Of a stretch of 64,000 nt of DNA, positions 10,089 through 19,030 are shown in pieces (the stretch's first letter is position 1; the number at the start of each line of letters is the position of its first letter). The position numbers were made by a program, and so were the translations under genes. Origin of the DNA: Phascolarctobacterium sp. (GTDB taxonomy: Bacteria; Bacillota; Negativicutes; Acidaminococcales; Acidaminococcaceae). The notes below the pieces were generated by a model. It did no database searches. It worked only from the letters and a program-made list of their open reading frames with translations, and was not told the DNA's origin. The DNA is taken from the NCBI GenBank assembly GCA_051866495.1, contig JBJDXD010000026.1, forward strand, positions 177 through 64,176, given 5' to 3'.

Positions 10089-10781
10089 ATGTTAGGTACT
10101 ATTGTAAACGTAAGCTGTATTTTGACTGGCTCCGTAATAGGTAGCTTTGTCAGCCGTGGTATAAACGAAAAGTATAAAACAGCCCTTTTTGATGGCTTAG
10201 GCTTGGCAACACTGGGCCTTGGCGCTAATGCCTTTGTCAGCAATATTCCCAAGGTGAGCTATCCCGTGCTTTTTATTGCCAGCATCGCTATTGGCACCAT
10301 CATGGGCACACGCTTGGATTTGGATGGCAAATTCCATGGGCTTTTAGAAAGGGCCAAGGGTGGCTCTAAGCTGGCAGAGGGTCTGTCCACTGCTATCCTG
10401 CTGTTTTGTATAGGCACCTTGTCCATTTTGGGGCCCATCGAGAGCCGCCTTAATGGCAACAACACCTATCTTTTTACTAATGCTACCTTGGACTTTGTTT
10501 CGTCTATAATCCTGTCCTCCGCCTATGGTATTGGCATTGCCCTAGCTGCCTTGGTGCTCTTTTGCTGGCAGGGTAGTATCTATTTATTCGCTGGCTTTAT
10601 CGCACCTTATATGACACCAGCTCTCATGGGCGAAATTTCCGTTTTAGGCGGCATCTTTTTAATGAGCTCCGGACTGGGCATTTTGCAGATTCGCGATTGC
10701 AAAACGCTAAATATGCTGCCGGCACTGCTTGTGCCACCTGTTTTTTACGCTTTGATAAATCTAATTAAAGGCATGCTGTGA
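10089..10781 (+). CDS. DUF554 (YdfK-like) membrane protein
   Basis: MLGTIVN start behind an AGGAG RBS, multiple transmembrane segments, LFCIGTLSILGPIESRL and NMLPALL motifs. Confidence 0.85.
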   Translation: MLGTIVNVSCILTGSVIGSFVSRGINEKYKTALFDGLGLATLGLGANAFVSNIPKVSYPVLFIASIAIGTIMGTRLDLDGKFHGLLERAKGGSKLAEGLSTAILLFCIGTLSILGPIESRLNGNNTYLFTNATLDFVSSIILSSAYGIGIALAALVLFCWQGSIYLFAGFIAPYMTPALMGEISVLGGIFLMSSGLGILQIRDCKTLNMLPALLVPPVFYALINLIKGML

Positions 10782-10807
10782 GTATATTCGCCAGATAATC
10801 CACAAAG

Positions 10808-10851
10808 CAAAAGGCTAGCCATGACATTTTAACGTCAAGGCTAGCTTTTTT
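10808..10851. terminator. Bidirectional intrinsic terminator between convergent genes
   Basis: AAAAGGCTAGCC...GGCTAGCTTTTT inverted repeat flanked by A and T runs. Confidence 0.75.
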
Positions 10852-10899
10852 ATTAAGTAGAAAATTTCCTGTATTAAAACGTTACATGTATGGAATTGG

Positions 10900-11652
10900 C
10901 TATAGCCTTTCTGCCCAAGCCTTTAAAAGACGTTTGCGCTCCTGCCAATCAGGCATCAGCCGCTCCAGCCAAGCGTAAAAGCGGGCGCTGTGGTTAGCCT
11001 CAAAGTAATGACAAAACTCGTGCATAATTACGTATTCGATAACGCTTTGAGGGAAAAACACAAGCCTACTATTTAAGGTCATGATATGCTTGGGCACATT
11101 CCAAGAGCCCCAGCGCGATTTCATTGCGCGCACCTTGAGCTGGGGATAGGGAACCTTATAGGTCACAAGCTGCTGCCAAATAGCGCGCACAAGCTGTGCA
11201 AAAATATACCCTATGAGCTCCTTGGTAACCAAATCCAGCAGCTTATATTGCTGGGGCTCATCGGTAATATCCGGTTGCACAATGGTGATTACGCCATTAC
11301 GAAAGGAAATGGCAGGCTTAGGCCCCTTCAAAATGCACAGGGGAATGGCAAACTCGCCCAAAAGAACCTGTTGCCCTGCAATACGCAAGGCAAAATTGCC
11401 CTCCTGTTTATGAGCCTCAAGCCTTGTCTGCTTAGCCTGCAATTTTTGCTGACTCTTGATTAGTTTTGCAGCATGAGCCAGCACCACCTCGTCCACATAT
11501 TTCCCGCTAACCCCCAAGGGCGCAGAAACATATACGCTACCGTCAGAGCGCACCCGCATGTTAATATTCTTCACCCGCTTGTGCTCCAGCACATAGGCAA
11601 GGATAGCCCCGCCCACATCTATAGCTTGCTTAGTGATTTTGTTCATAACCAT
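10900..11652 (-). CDS. M48/YgjP-like (DUF45) zinc metallohydrolase
   Basis: KRVKNINMRV, MKSRWGS, EYVIMHEFCH (HExxH) and NHSARFY motifs. Confidence 0.88.
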   Translation of the reverse strand: MVMNKITKQAIDVGGAILAYVLEHKRVKNINMRVRSDGSVYVSAPLGVSGKYVDEVVLAHAAKLIKSQQKLQAKQTRLEAHKQEGNFALRIAGQQVLLGEFAIPLCILKGPKPAISFRNGVITIVQPDITDEPQQYKLLDLVTKELIGYIFAQLVRAIWQQLVTYKVPYPQLKVRAMKSRWGSWNVPKHIMTLNSRLVFFPQSVIEYVIMHEFCHYFEANHSARFYAWLERLMPDWQERKRLLKAWAERL

Positions 11653-11871
11653 TCTACCCCATTAGCACGAAAAGAGTAAATATACTATCTTGAAGCGAAT
11701 AGAAATTTTAGCTTACGAGTGGCTGGTACAATGGTCTCAAGGGTTCGTAAACCAAGCGCCCTCTGCGAGCCAAATAGCACCCCGCAAAGGCCAATTGTAC
11801 CCCACGAAGTAAGCATTAAAAAATTTCTCTAAGCAAAGAGATAGTATATTTACTCTTGAGCTCTAGAACTA

Positions 11872-12750
11872 TTATTTATTCACGATCTTCCCATAGCACT
11901 CCGGTCTGCGGTCACGGAACAAGCCCCAGCTCAAGCGGTCCTCCGCCAGCTGGTCCAAATCATACTCTGCATAAAGAATTTCTTCCTTATCGCGGCTAGC
12001 ATCCTGAATAAGTGCACCCGTGCCGTCGGTCATAAAGCTAGAGCCATAGAACAAAAGGGAAGACTTTTGCCCAGCATTAGCCTCACAGGGCTCCACACTC
12101 TCAAGGCCAATACGGTTGGCAGCCACCACCGGCATCAGATTAGCCGCACTGTGGCCCTGCATCACGCGACGCCAATGGGGCATACTGTCCGTATCCAAAA
12201 TAGGCTCCGAGCCAATGGCCGTGGGATAAAGCAAAATTTCTGCTCCGTTTAAGGCTAAGCAGCGAGCTGTTTCGCTAAACCATTGATCCCAGCAAATGCC
12301 GATGCCAATTTTTCCAAAGCGGGTGTCGAATACCTTGAAGCCCGTATCACCGGGTTTAAAATAGAATTTTTCCTGATAAAAATGGTCGTCAGGAATATGA
12401 GTCTTGCGATACACGCCCAGATTAGTGCCATCCGCATCAATGCAGGCAATGGAATTATACAGCTGGTTCACATCACGCTCAAAAAAGCTGATGGGCAGCA
12501 CAATTCCCAGCTCCTTCGCCAGTCGCTGACCCATTTGCACAGCCGCATTCTCTGCGGTGGGCTCGGCGTAAGCGTAATACTCATAGCGACGCTCCTGACA
12601 GAAGTAGGGTCGCTCCCACAGCTCCGGCAGCAGCACCAGCTGCGCTCCCTTGCTCGCTGCCTCGCGCACCAGCGCCTCTGCGTGGCGCAAATTATCCTCA
12701 CGGCTCGCAGCGCAGCGCAGCTGCACTGCGGCCACCTTAAGCTTTCTCAT
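11872..12750 (-). CDS. aguB: N-carbamoylputrescine amidase
   Basis: Nitrilase fold: LLPELW, YRKTHIPDD, GICWDQWFSE. Start at ATG 12750 overlaps the aguA stop (ATGA), with GGAGG upstream. Confidence 0.93.
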   Translation of the reverse strand: MRKLKVAAVQLRCAASREDNLRHAEALVREAASKGAQLVLLPELWERPYFCQERRYEYYAYAEPTAENAAVQMGQRLAKELGIVLPISFFERDVNQLYNSIACIDADGTNLGVYRKTHIPDDHFYQEKFYFKPGDTGFKVFDTRFGKIGIGICWDQWFSETARCLALNGAEILLYPTAIGSEPILDTDSMPHWRRVMQGHSAANLMPVVAANRIGLESVEPCEANAGQKSSLLFYGSSFMTDGTGALIQDASRDKEEILYAEYDLDQLAEDRLSWGLFRDRRPECYGKIVNK

Positions 12751-13946
12751 AAGCATCCTCCCTTCGGGATTTGCTGGGTAATGCAGTGAATATTGCCGCC
12801 CCCCGTCAAGATAGCTCTTGCCGGTATTTGCACCACCTTGCGCTCCGGGCAAAGCGCGGCCAGAAGGGCCGCCGCGCGCCCGTCGCTGGCTGCATTTGCA
12901 CCGCCGAAGGCGGGCAGCACCACACTGTCATTACTAAAATAAAAATTCACATAGCTTGCTGCCAGCCTTTCGCCGGCCTCACGCATATCCTCGCCTTCCA
13001 CAAAGTCGAAGCCTGCCACCTCCTCTTCCGTGATGCACACTGGCACATCCGGAATGGGCAGCTTATGGACGACGATTTTGCGTCCCTTGGCATCGGTGAC
13101 CTGCTCCAAATAATCAAGACTGGCCTTGCTCAAAGCGTACTGAGGGTCATCCTCCTTATCGGTCCAAGCCAAAACCACCTCGCCGGGACGAATAAAGGCG
13201 CACACATTATCAACGTGCTCATTGGTCTCGTCGTTGTAAATGCCACGAGGTAACCACAGCACCTTTTCCACATTGAGATATTCCTTGAGCTTTGCTTCAA
13301 TCTGGGCTTGGGTCAAATTGGGATTGCGGCCGGCGCTGAGCAAGCAGGACGCAGTCACCATGGCCGTGCCCTCGCCGTCCACATGAATGGAGCCGCCCTC
13401 TAAAACAAAGGGTGCTGCCTCGTACAAAGCATAGCCCTTTTGCGCTGCAAAAGCGGCGGCAAAGGCATCATCCTGCTCATAGTCAGGATAAAGGCCATCT
13501 ACCTCGCCACCCCAAGCGTTAAAGCGCCAGTTCACGCCCCGCACTTCTCGCCGGGCTCCCCTAGCGCAGCTGCCTACGGCAGCATCAGCTTGAGCTTCAG
13601 AGCCTTCCTCACAGGGCACATCCTTCACGACAAAGGTAGGCCCTATATCCCTAGCCCAGCTGTCGTCCGTAGCAATATCCAAAAGCTCCACATTGGCAAG
13701 GCCCGCTAGCATTTGCTCAGCCCGCTCCCAATGCTTGCTCCTTTTATCGCAAGCCACATACACCCTTTCGCTGGCGCTGATGGCCTTAATCACGGCCGTA
13801 AAGGCCGCGCAGGCGGCCTCCGCCCCAAAGCTCCAGGAGCCGGGGCGCTGGGGCCACACAATGATGCAGCCCTCGTGCTGTTCGTACTCCGCCGGCATGC
13901 GAAAGCCGTCCATTTTTGGTGTTGACTGTGTCAGCATCTTCATCAT
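12747..13946 (-). CDS. aguA: Agmatine deiminase
   Basis: FRMPAEYE, DDSWARDIGP, FNAWGG, LEGGSIHVDG, NEHVDN, GGNIHCITQQ. Confidence 0.94.
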   Translation of the reverse strand: MMKMLTQSTPKMDGFRMPAEYEQHEGCIIVWPQRPGSWSFGAEAACAAFTAVIKAISASERVYVACDKRSKHWERAEQMLAGLANVELLDIATDDSWARDIGPTFVVKDVPCEEGSEAQADAAVGSCARGARREVRGVNWRFNAWGGEVDGLYPDYEQDDAFAAAFAAQKGYALYEAAPFVLEGGSIHVDGEGTAMVTASCLLSAGRNPNLTQAQIEAKLKEYLNVEKVLWLPRGIYNDETNEHVDNVCAFIRPGEVVLAWTDKEDDPQYALSKASLDYLEQVTDAKGRKIVVHKLPIPDVPVCITEEEVAGFDFVEGEDMREAGERLAASYVNFYFSNDSVVLPAFGGANAASDGRAAALLAALCPERKVVQIPARAILTGGGNIHCITQQIPKGGCL

Positions 13947-15184
13947 GAAAGTCGTCCTTTGAAATCCTCATAACCAAAACGGCGCACCAGCTCCGTGCTG
14001 CCATCCTTTTTTAGCAGCACAATATCCGGCAGGGGCATGCCGTTAAAGGTATTATTTTTAACCATGGAATAAATGGCCATGTCTTCAAAAATTAGCTTGT
14101 CGCCCACCTTTATTTCCCGCTCAAAGCTGTAATCCCCAATCACATCACCAGCAAGGCAGGTCATGGAGGACAAGCGATAGGTGTGAGCCTTTTCCTTAGC
14201 CTCAAAGCCATCCCGCAGGGGCGGGCGATAGGGCATTTCCAGCACGTCCGGCATATGGCAGGCCGCGGATGCGTCCAAAATTAGAATATCTAGGCCATTA
14301 TGCACAATGTCCAGCACCTCGCTCACAAGATAGCCTGCATTGAGCGCCACGGCTTCGCCGGGCTCCAAATAAACCTCAACGCCATAGGTGCTGCGAATAT
14401 ATTTCACTAAATTAATCAGCGCCTCTACGTCGTAGTCAGCGCGAGTAATATGATGTCCACCACCCAAATTGAGCCATTTTAATTGGCCAAAAAATTTGCC
14501 AAATTTGGTTTCAAAGGCTTTGAAGGTAGTGATTAAATCATCGGAGTTTTGCTCGCAGAGGGTGTGGAAATGCAGTCCCTCCACGCCCTCAGGCAGCTGC
14601 TCAGGGAAATTGGCCAAGGTTACGCCTAGGCGGGAGCCCACGGCACAGGGGTCGTAAATAGCGTGCTCCGCCTCTTGAGTAGAGCATTCAGGATTGATAC
14701 GAATGCCCACGCTGGCCTTGGAGCTTTGCCAAATGCTCCTGTGCTTTTCGAGCTGGGCAATAGAGTTAAAAACGATGTGGTCGCAAATCTGCACCAGCTC
14801 CTGCATGTCCTCGGTGCGAAAGGCAGGGGCGAAAACATGATTTTCCTTGCCCATTTCCTCGTGGCCAAGGCGTGCTTCAAAAATGCCGCTAGCCGTGGTG
14901 CCCGCCAAATACTCGCCCATAAGGGGATAAAGGCGGAACATGGAGAAGCATTTTTGGGCCAGCAGAATATGACAGTCCGCCTCACGCTGCACCCTTTGCA
15001 GCAGCTCCAAATTTTTAATGAGCCTAGCCTCATCCACCACATAACTAGGAGTAGGCAGTGCCTTTAGCACTGCCTCCTGTTTTTCTTTCAATGTTCTTGC
15101 TTGTAAAGCCTGCAGCTTAGCGTCCGCCTTGGCGGCGTCCACCACATAAGCAGGCATATTTTTTGCGTTACTCATGTTGCTCAC
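13943..15184 (-). CDS. nspC: Carboxy(nor)spermidine decarboxylase
   Basis: LLAQKCFS (PLP lysine), GLHFHTLCEQ, NLGGGHHIT, YLEPGEAV, CHMPDVLEMPYRP, TCLAGDVIGDY. Confidence 0.94.
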   Translation of the reverse strand: MSNMSNAKNMPAYVVDAAKADAKLQALQARTLKEKQEAVLKALPTPSYVVDEARLIKNLELLQRVQREADCHILLAQKCFSMFRLYPLMGEYLAGTTASGIFEARLGHEEMGKENHVFAPAFRTEDMQELVQICDHIVFNSIAQLEKHRSIWQSSKASVGIRINPECSTQEAEHAIYDPCAVGSRLGVTLANFPEQLPEGVEGLHFHTLCEQNSDDLITTFKAFETKFGKFFGQLKWLNLGGGHHITRADYDVEALINLVKYIRSTYGVEVYLEPGEAVALNAGYLVSEVLDIVHNGLDILILDASAACHMPDVLEMPYRPPLRDGFEAKEKAHTYRLSSMTCLAGDVIGDYSFEREIKVGDKLIFEDMAIYSMVKNNTFNGMPLPDIVLLKKDGSTELVRRFGYEDFKGRLS

Positions 15185-16449
15185 TCAACGGTAACAGGGT
15201 TTTCGTCCACAACCCAGGGCAGGCCGAACTTGTTCAGCATATCCATGTACGGATCGGGGTCAAACTCCTCTACGTTAAAGACGCCCTTGCCCTGCCATTG
15301 TTTAGTAATAACCAGTGCGGTACCAATCATAGCAGGCACGCCAGTGGTGTAGCTGATGGCTTGGGAGCCAACCTCCTTGTAGCACTCTTGATGGTCGCAA
15401 ACATTATAGATAAAGATGGTCTTCTTTTCGCCGTTCTTGGTGCCGGTGAAAATACAACCGATATTTGTTTTACCAACGGTGCGAGGTCCCAAGGAAGCAG
15501 GATCCGGCAGCAGAGCCTTCAGGAATTGGATGGGCACGATTTCGTGACCCTCGTACATCATGGGCTTGGTGGACAGCATGCCCACATTTTCCAAGCACTT
15601 CATGTGGGTCAGATAGCTTTGGCCAAAGGTCATGAAGAAGCGAATGCGCTTTACGCCGGGGATATTTTTAGCTAGGGATTCAATTTCCTCATGGTGCAAA
15701 AGGTACATATCCTTCATGCCAACTTGAGGGAAATCATATTCGCGTTTAATGGACATAGCGGGAATTTCAATCCACTTGCCGTTTTCCCAATAGGAGCCAG
15801 GGGCAGAAACCTCGCGCAGGTTAATTTCAGGATTGAAATTGGTAGCAAAGGGATAGCCATGGTCGCCACCGTTGCAGTCCAAAATGTCGATGGTATCGAT
15901 TTGGTCAAAATAATGCTTTAGAGCATAAGCAGAGAAAACGCTGGTTACGCCGGGGTCGAAGCCGGTGCCCAAAAGGGCCATAATGCCAGCCTTTTCAAAT
16001 TTTTCCTTATAAGCCCATTGCCAGGAATAGTCGAAGTAGGCAGAGAAGCCCTCCTCCTTGCAGCGCTTGTCATAAACCTCGCGCCAAGCGGGGTCATCAA
16101 TATTTTCGGGCTCATAGTTGGCAGTGTCGATATAGTCAACCTTGCACTCCAGGCAGGCATCCATAATGGTCAAATCCTGATAGGGCAAAGCCACATTCAA
16201 AACAGCATCCGGCTGATAGGCTTTAATTAAAGCAACCAGCTCGTCCTTATTATCTGCGTCCACCTTGGCAGTGGTGATTTTGGTAGTGGTAGTGGGCTGC
16301 AGCTTTGCAGCCACAGCGTCGCATTTGGATTTAGTGCGGCTAGCAATGCACAGCTCGGTAAAAACCTCACTATTTTGGCAGCATTTGGCGATAGCTACGC
16401 CGGCAACACCGCCGCAGCCGATTACTAATAATTTACTCATACTCTTCAT
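15181..16449 (-). CDS. Carboxy(nor)spermidine dehydrogenase (saccharopine dehydrogenase family)
   Basis: VIGCGGVAG Rossmann motif, NVALPYQDLTIMDAC, GFDPGVTS, FATNFNPEINLRE; directly upstream of nspC. Confidence 0.92.
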   Translation of the reverse strand: MKSMSKLLVIGCGGVAGVAIAKCCQNSEVFTELCIASRTKSKCDAVAAKLQPTTTTKITTAKVDADNKDELVALIKAYQPDAVLNVALPYQDLTIMDACLECKVDYIDTANYEPENIDDPAWREVYDKRCKEEGFSAYFDYSWQWAYKEKFEKAGIMALLGTGFDPGVTSVFSAYALKHYFDQIDTIDILDCNGGDHGYPFATNFNPEINLREVSAPGSYWENGKWIEIPAMSIKREYDFPQVGMKDMYLLHHEEIESLAKNIPGVKRIRFFMTFGQSYLTHMKCLENVGMLSTKPMMYEGHEIVPIQFLKALLPDPASLGPRTVGKTNIGCIFTGTKNGEKKTIFIYNVCDHQECYKEVGSQAISYTTGVPAMIGTALVITKQWQGKGVFNVEEFDPDPYMDMLNKFGLPWVVDENPVTVE

Positions 16450-16474
16450 CTCCTATCGAATTATACATTATCCT

Positions 16475-16577
16475 TAAAACAGCTAGAAGGGGTCAGATAC
16501 GCGAAAGGGCGACGACGGCGTACTAGAGGTACGTCTAGGAGCCCTGACAAAGTAGATGGCCCCTTATAGCTGTTTTA
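16475..16577. repeat. Structured intergenic repeat, copy 1 (long multi-stem hairpin)
   Basis: Nested inverted repeats AAAACAGCTA/TAGCTGTTTT, GGGGTCA/TGGCCCC, TAC/GTA, GGGC/GCCC, CGTAC/GTACG; homologous to 17469-17569. Confidence 0.8.
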
Positions 16578-17429
16578 CTTTTCTTCTTCTTCTAGCATAT
16601 CCTCAACATACTTGGGTAGCATAAAGGCTCCCTTATGCAGATTGGCGGAATAATACCAGGTCTTGATGCCCCTTGCCTTCCACTTCACGGGCTCGAAATC
16701 CTTCAAAGGATGGTATTTTTTCGAGGCAAAGCCAAAGAGCCAGTAGCCGGAGGGGCAGGTGGGAATGGCTGCCTGATACACGCGGCTAATGGGAAAGCTG
16801 TGGCTAGCCTTGCGGTGCATGGCACGACAGGTTTCCTCATCCTCATCATAGAAGGGACTGCCATGCTGGTACACCATGATGCCGTCCTCCTTGAGGGCGC
16901 GGAAGCAGTTACCATAAAACTCCTTGGTAAAAAGTCCTGCTGCATGGCCCAAGGGGTCGATGGCATCGTTAATAATCAAATCATATTCATTCACCTTGGA
17001 GCGCAAAAAACGCAAGCCGTTAGCGTTAAAAATCGTTACGCGGGCATCGTCAAGGCCAACGGCGTTGTCGGGGAAAAAGTCACGGCACACATCGATGAAC
17101 ACATGGTCCGTCTCCACAACGTCGATTTCTTCAATCTCAGGATAGCGGGACAGCTCGCGGGCTACACCGCCATCGCCACCGCCGATAACCAGCACCTTTT
17201 TCACATGGGGATGCACGGCCATGGGCACATGCACAATCATCTCGTCATAAATAAATTCGTCCTTTTGGGAAAAGACGATGGTGCCATCGCAGGCGATAAA
17301 GCGACCAAATTCCTTAGAGTCGAAAACGTCAATCCGTTGAAAATCCGTGTCCTCCCCAAATAATTGCTTTTCAATTTTTATATCCAGCTTCACATCATCC
17401 GTGTGGTAATCGGAAAACCAAAGCTCCAT
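16575..17429 (-). CDS. speE: Polyamine aminopropyltransferase (spermidine synthase family)
   Basis: MELWFSD, FIYDEMIVHVPM, VLVIGGGDGG, IINDAIDP. Confidence 0.92.
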   Translation of the reverse strand: MELWFSDYHTDDVKLDIKIEKQLFGEDTDFQRIDVFDSKEFGRFIACDGTIVFSQKDEFIYDEMIVHVPMAVHPHVKKVLVIGGGDGGVARELSRYPEIEEIDVVETDHVFIDVCRDFFPDNAVGLDDARVTIFNANGLRFLRSKVNEYDLIINDAIDPLGHAAGLFTKEFYGNCFRALKEDGIMVYQHGSPFYDEDEETCRAMHRKASHSFPISRVYQAAIPTCPSGYWLFGFASKKYHPLKDFEPVKWKARGIKTWYYSANLHKGAFMLPKYVEDMLEEEEK

Positions 17430-17468
17430 TCCATCACAACCTTACAAACTCTTTTAATCAGCTCAACA

Positions 17469-17569
17469 AGATGTGTCAGAAAGTACCAGATGCGCGAAAC
17501 AGCGACGAAGGCGTACTAGAAGTACGTCTAGGAGCTGTGCCAAAGCAGATGGTGCTTTATCACGCATCT
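17469..17569. repeat. Structured intergenic repeat, copy 2
   Basis: AGATGTG/CGCATCT, AGTACCA/TGGTGCT, TGC/GCA, CAGC/GCTG, CGTAC/GTACG; same loop sequences as copy 1. Confidence 0.8.
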
Positions 17570-19016
17570 ACACAAGTACATTAATATTATTAACCTCAGG
17601 ATCTTCGGGCCCCTGCATAGAGCACCCCTTCTCCTTAGCGTAGATTATGTACTCAATAATCTCCTTAGTAATAACCTCGCCGGGTGCCAAAATAGGAATG
17701 CCCGGAGGATAGCACATTACGAACTCGGAGCAAATTCTGCCCGCCGTCTCCCGAATGGGCAGGGGCTCATCCTTGGCATAAAAGGCCTCCTGGGGCGATA
17801 CAACCACCTGGGGCGCAATATATTCCGTATTCAGCATCTTGGACGGGTCGCGGGAGTATAAGCGTTTAATATCCGCCAATGCACCCACCAAGCGCTCAAT
17901 ATCCTGAATCCTGTCGCCGATGGAGACATAGGCTAGGATATTAGCAATATCGCCAAACTCAATTTGAATATCGTATTCGTCACGAAGCAAATCGTAAACC
18001 TCGATACCGGCCAGACCAATATCGCGAGTATAAACGGAGAGCTTGGTCACGTCAAAATCATAAATGCTGCTACCGTTCTTCAGCTCCTGACCATAGGCAT
18101 AATAGCCGCCGATGGAATTGATTTCCTCGCGAGCGTACTCCGCCATCTCGGCCACCTTGGCAAAGGAGGTTTCTCCCCGCATGTACAGATTACGGCGGGA
18201 AATATCAAGGCTGGAAAGCAACAAATAGGAAGCACTGGTAGTCTGGGTGAGGTTAATAATCTGGCTCACATATTCCCAGTTCACATTGGGACCAGTTAAA
18301 AGCAAGGAGCTCTGGGTGAGACTACCACCGGATTTGTGCATGGAAACGGAGGCCATATCCGCTCCGGCCGCCATAGCATTCACCGGCATATTAGGGCCAA
18401 AGTAAAAATGGGTACCGTGGGCCTCGTCCACCAAGCACAGCATGTTATGAGCATGGGCCAGCTTCACAATGGAGCGCAAATCGGAGCAGATGCCATAATA
18501 GGTAGGATTATTCACCAAAACCGCCTTGGCATCTGGATTGGCCTTGATAGCCTTTTCCACCTCGCTCAGCTCCATACCTAGGGAAATACCCAGCTTGCTA
18601 TCCACCTCAGGGTTAATATATACAGGTATCGCGCCGTTTAAAACCAGCGCGTTAATCACGCTCTTATGCACGTTGCGCGGCAAAATAATCTTATCCCCGG
18701 CCTTGGTGGAAGACAGCACCATGCTTTGCACGGAGGAGGTAGTCCCTCCCACCATAAAAAAGGCATGGGCAGCCCCAAAGGCTTCTGCCGCCAGCTGCTC
18801 CGCATCCCGAATAACCGAAACAGGATGGCATAAATTATCCAAGGGCTTCATGGAATTGACGTCCAAATTGACACATTTTTCTCCAAGAAGCTCCCGCAGC
18901 TCCGGATTGCCACGGCCACGCTTGTGCCCGGGCACATCAAAGGGTACCACGCGCTTTTTACGAAAGGCCTCCAGGGCCTCGTAAATAGGCGCTGATAGTT
19001 GCGAAAGTTTCTCCAT
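17568..19016 (-). CDS. speA: Arginine decarboxylase (Orn/Lys/Arg decarboxylase, fold type I)
   Basis: FDVPGHKRGRG, VGGTTSSVQ, LVDEAHG, VSMHKSGGSLTQSS, YPPGIPILAPGE. Arginine specificity is inferred from the aguA/aguB context. Confidence 0.88.
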   Translation of the reverse strand: MEKLSQLSAPIYEALEAFRKKRVVPFDVPGHKRGRGNPELRELLGEKCVNLDVNSMKPLDNLCHPVSVIRDAEQLAAEAFGAAHAFFMVGGTTSSVQSMVLSSTKAGDKIILPRNVHKSVINALVLNGAIPVYINPEVDSKLGISLGMELSEVEKAIKANPDAKAVLVNNPTYYGICSDLRSIVKLAHAHNMLCLVDEAHGTHFYFGPNMPVNAMAAGADMASVSMHKSGGSLTQSSLLLTGPNVNWEYVSQIINLTQTTSASYLLLSSLDISRRNLYMRGETSFAKVAEMAEYAREEINSIGGYYAYGQELKNGSSIYDFDVTKLSVYTRDIGLAGIEVYDLLRDEYDIQIEFGDIANILAYVSIGDRIQDIERLVGALADIKRLYSRDPSKMLNTEYIAPQVVVSPQEAFYAKDEPLPIRETAGRICSEFVMCYPPGIPILAPGEVITKEIIEYIIYAKEKGCSMQGPEDPEVNNINVLV

Positions 19017-19030
19017 AATCCGTTCTCCCC

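Noticed and set aside
16475-17569. CRISPR or attC interpretation of the repeated hairpins
   Set aside because: There are only two divergent copies separated by a full gene, with no spacers, cas genes, integrase or GTTRRRY-type ends.
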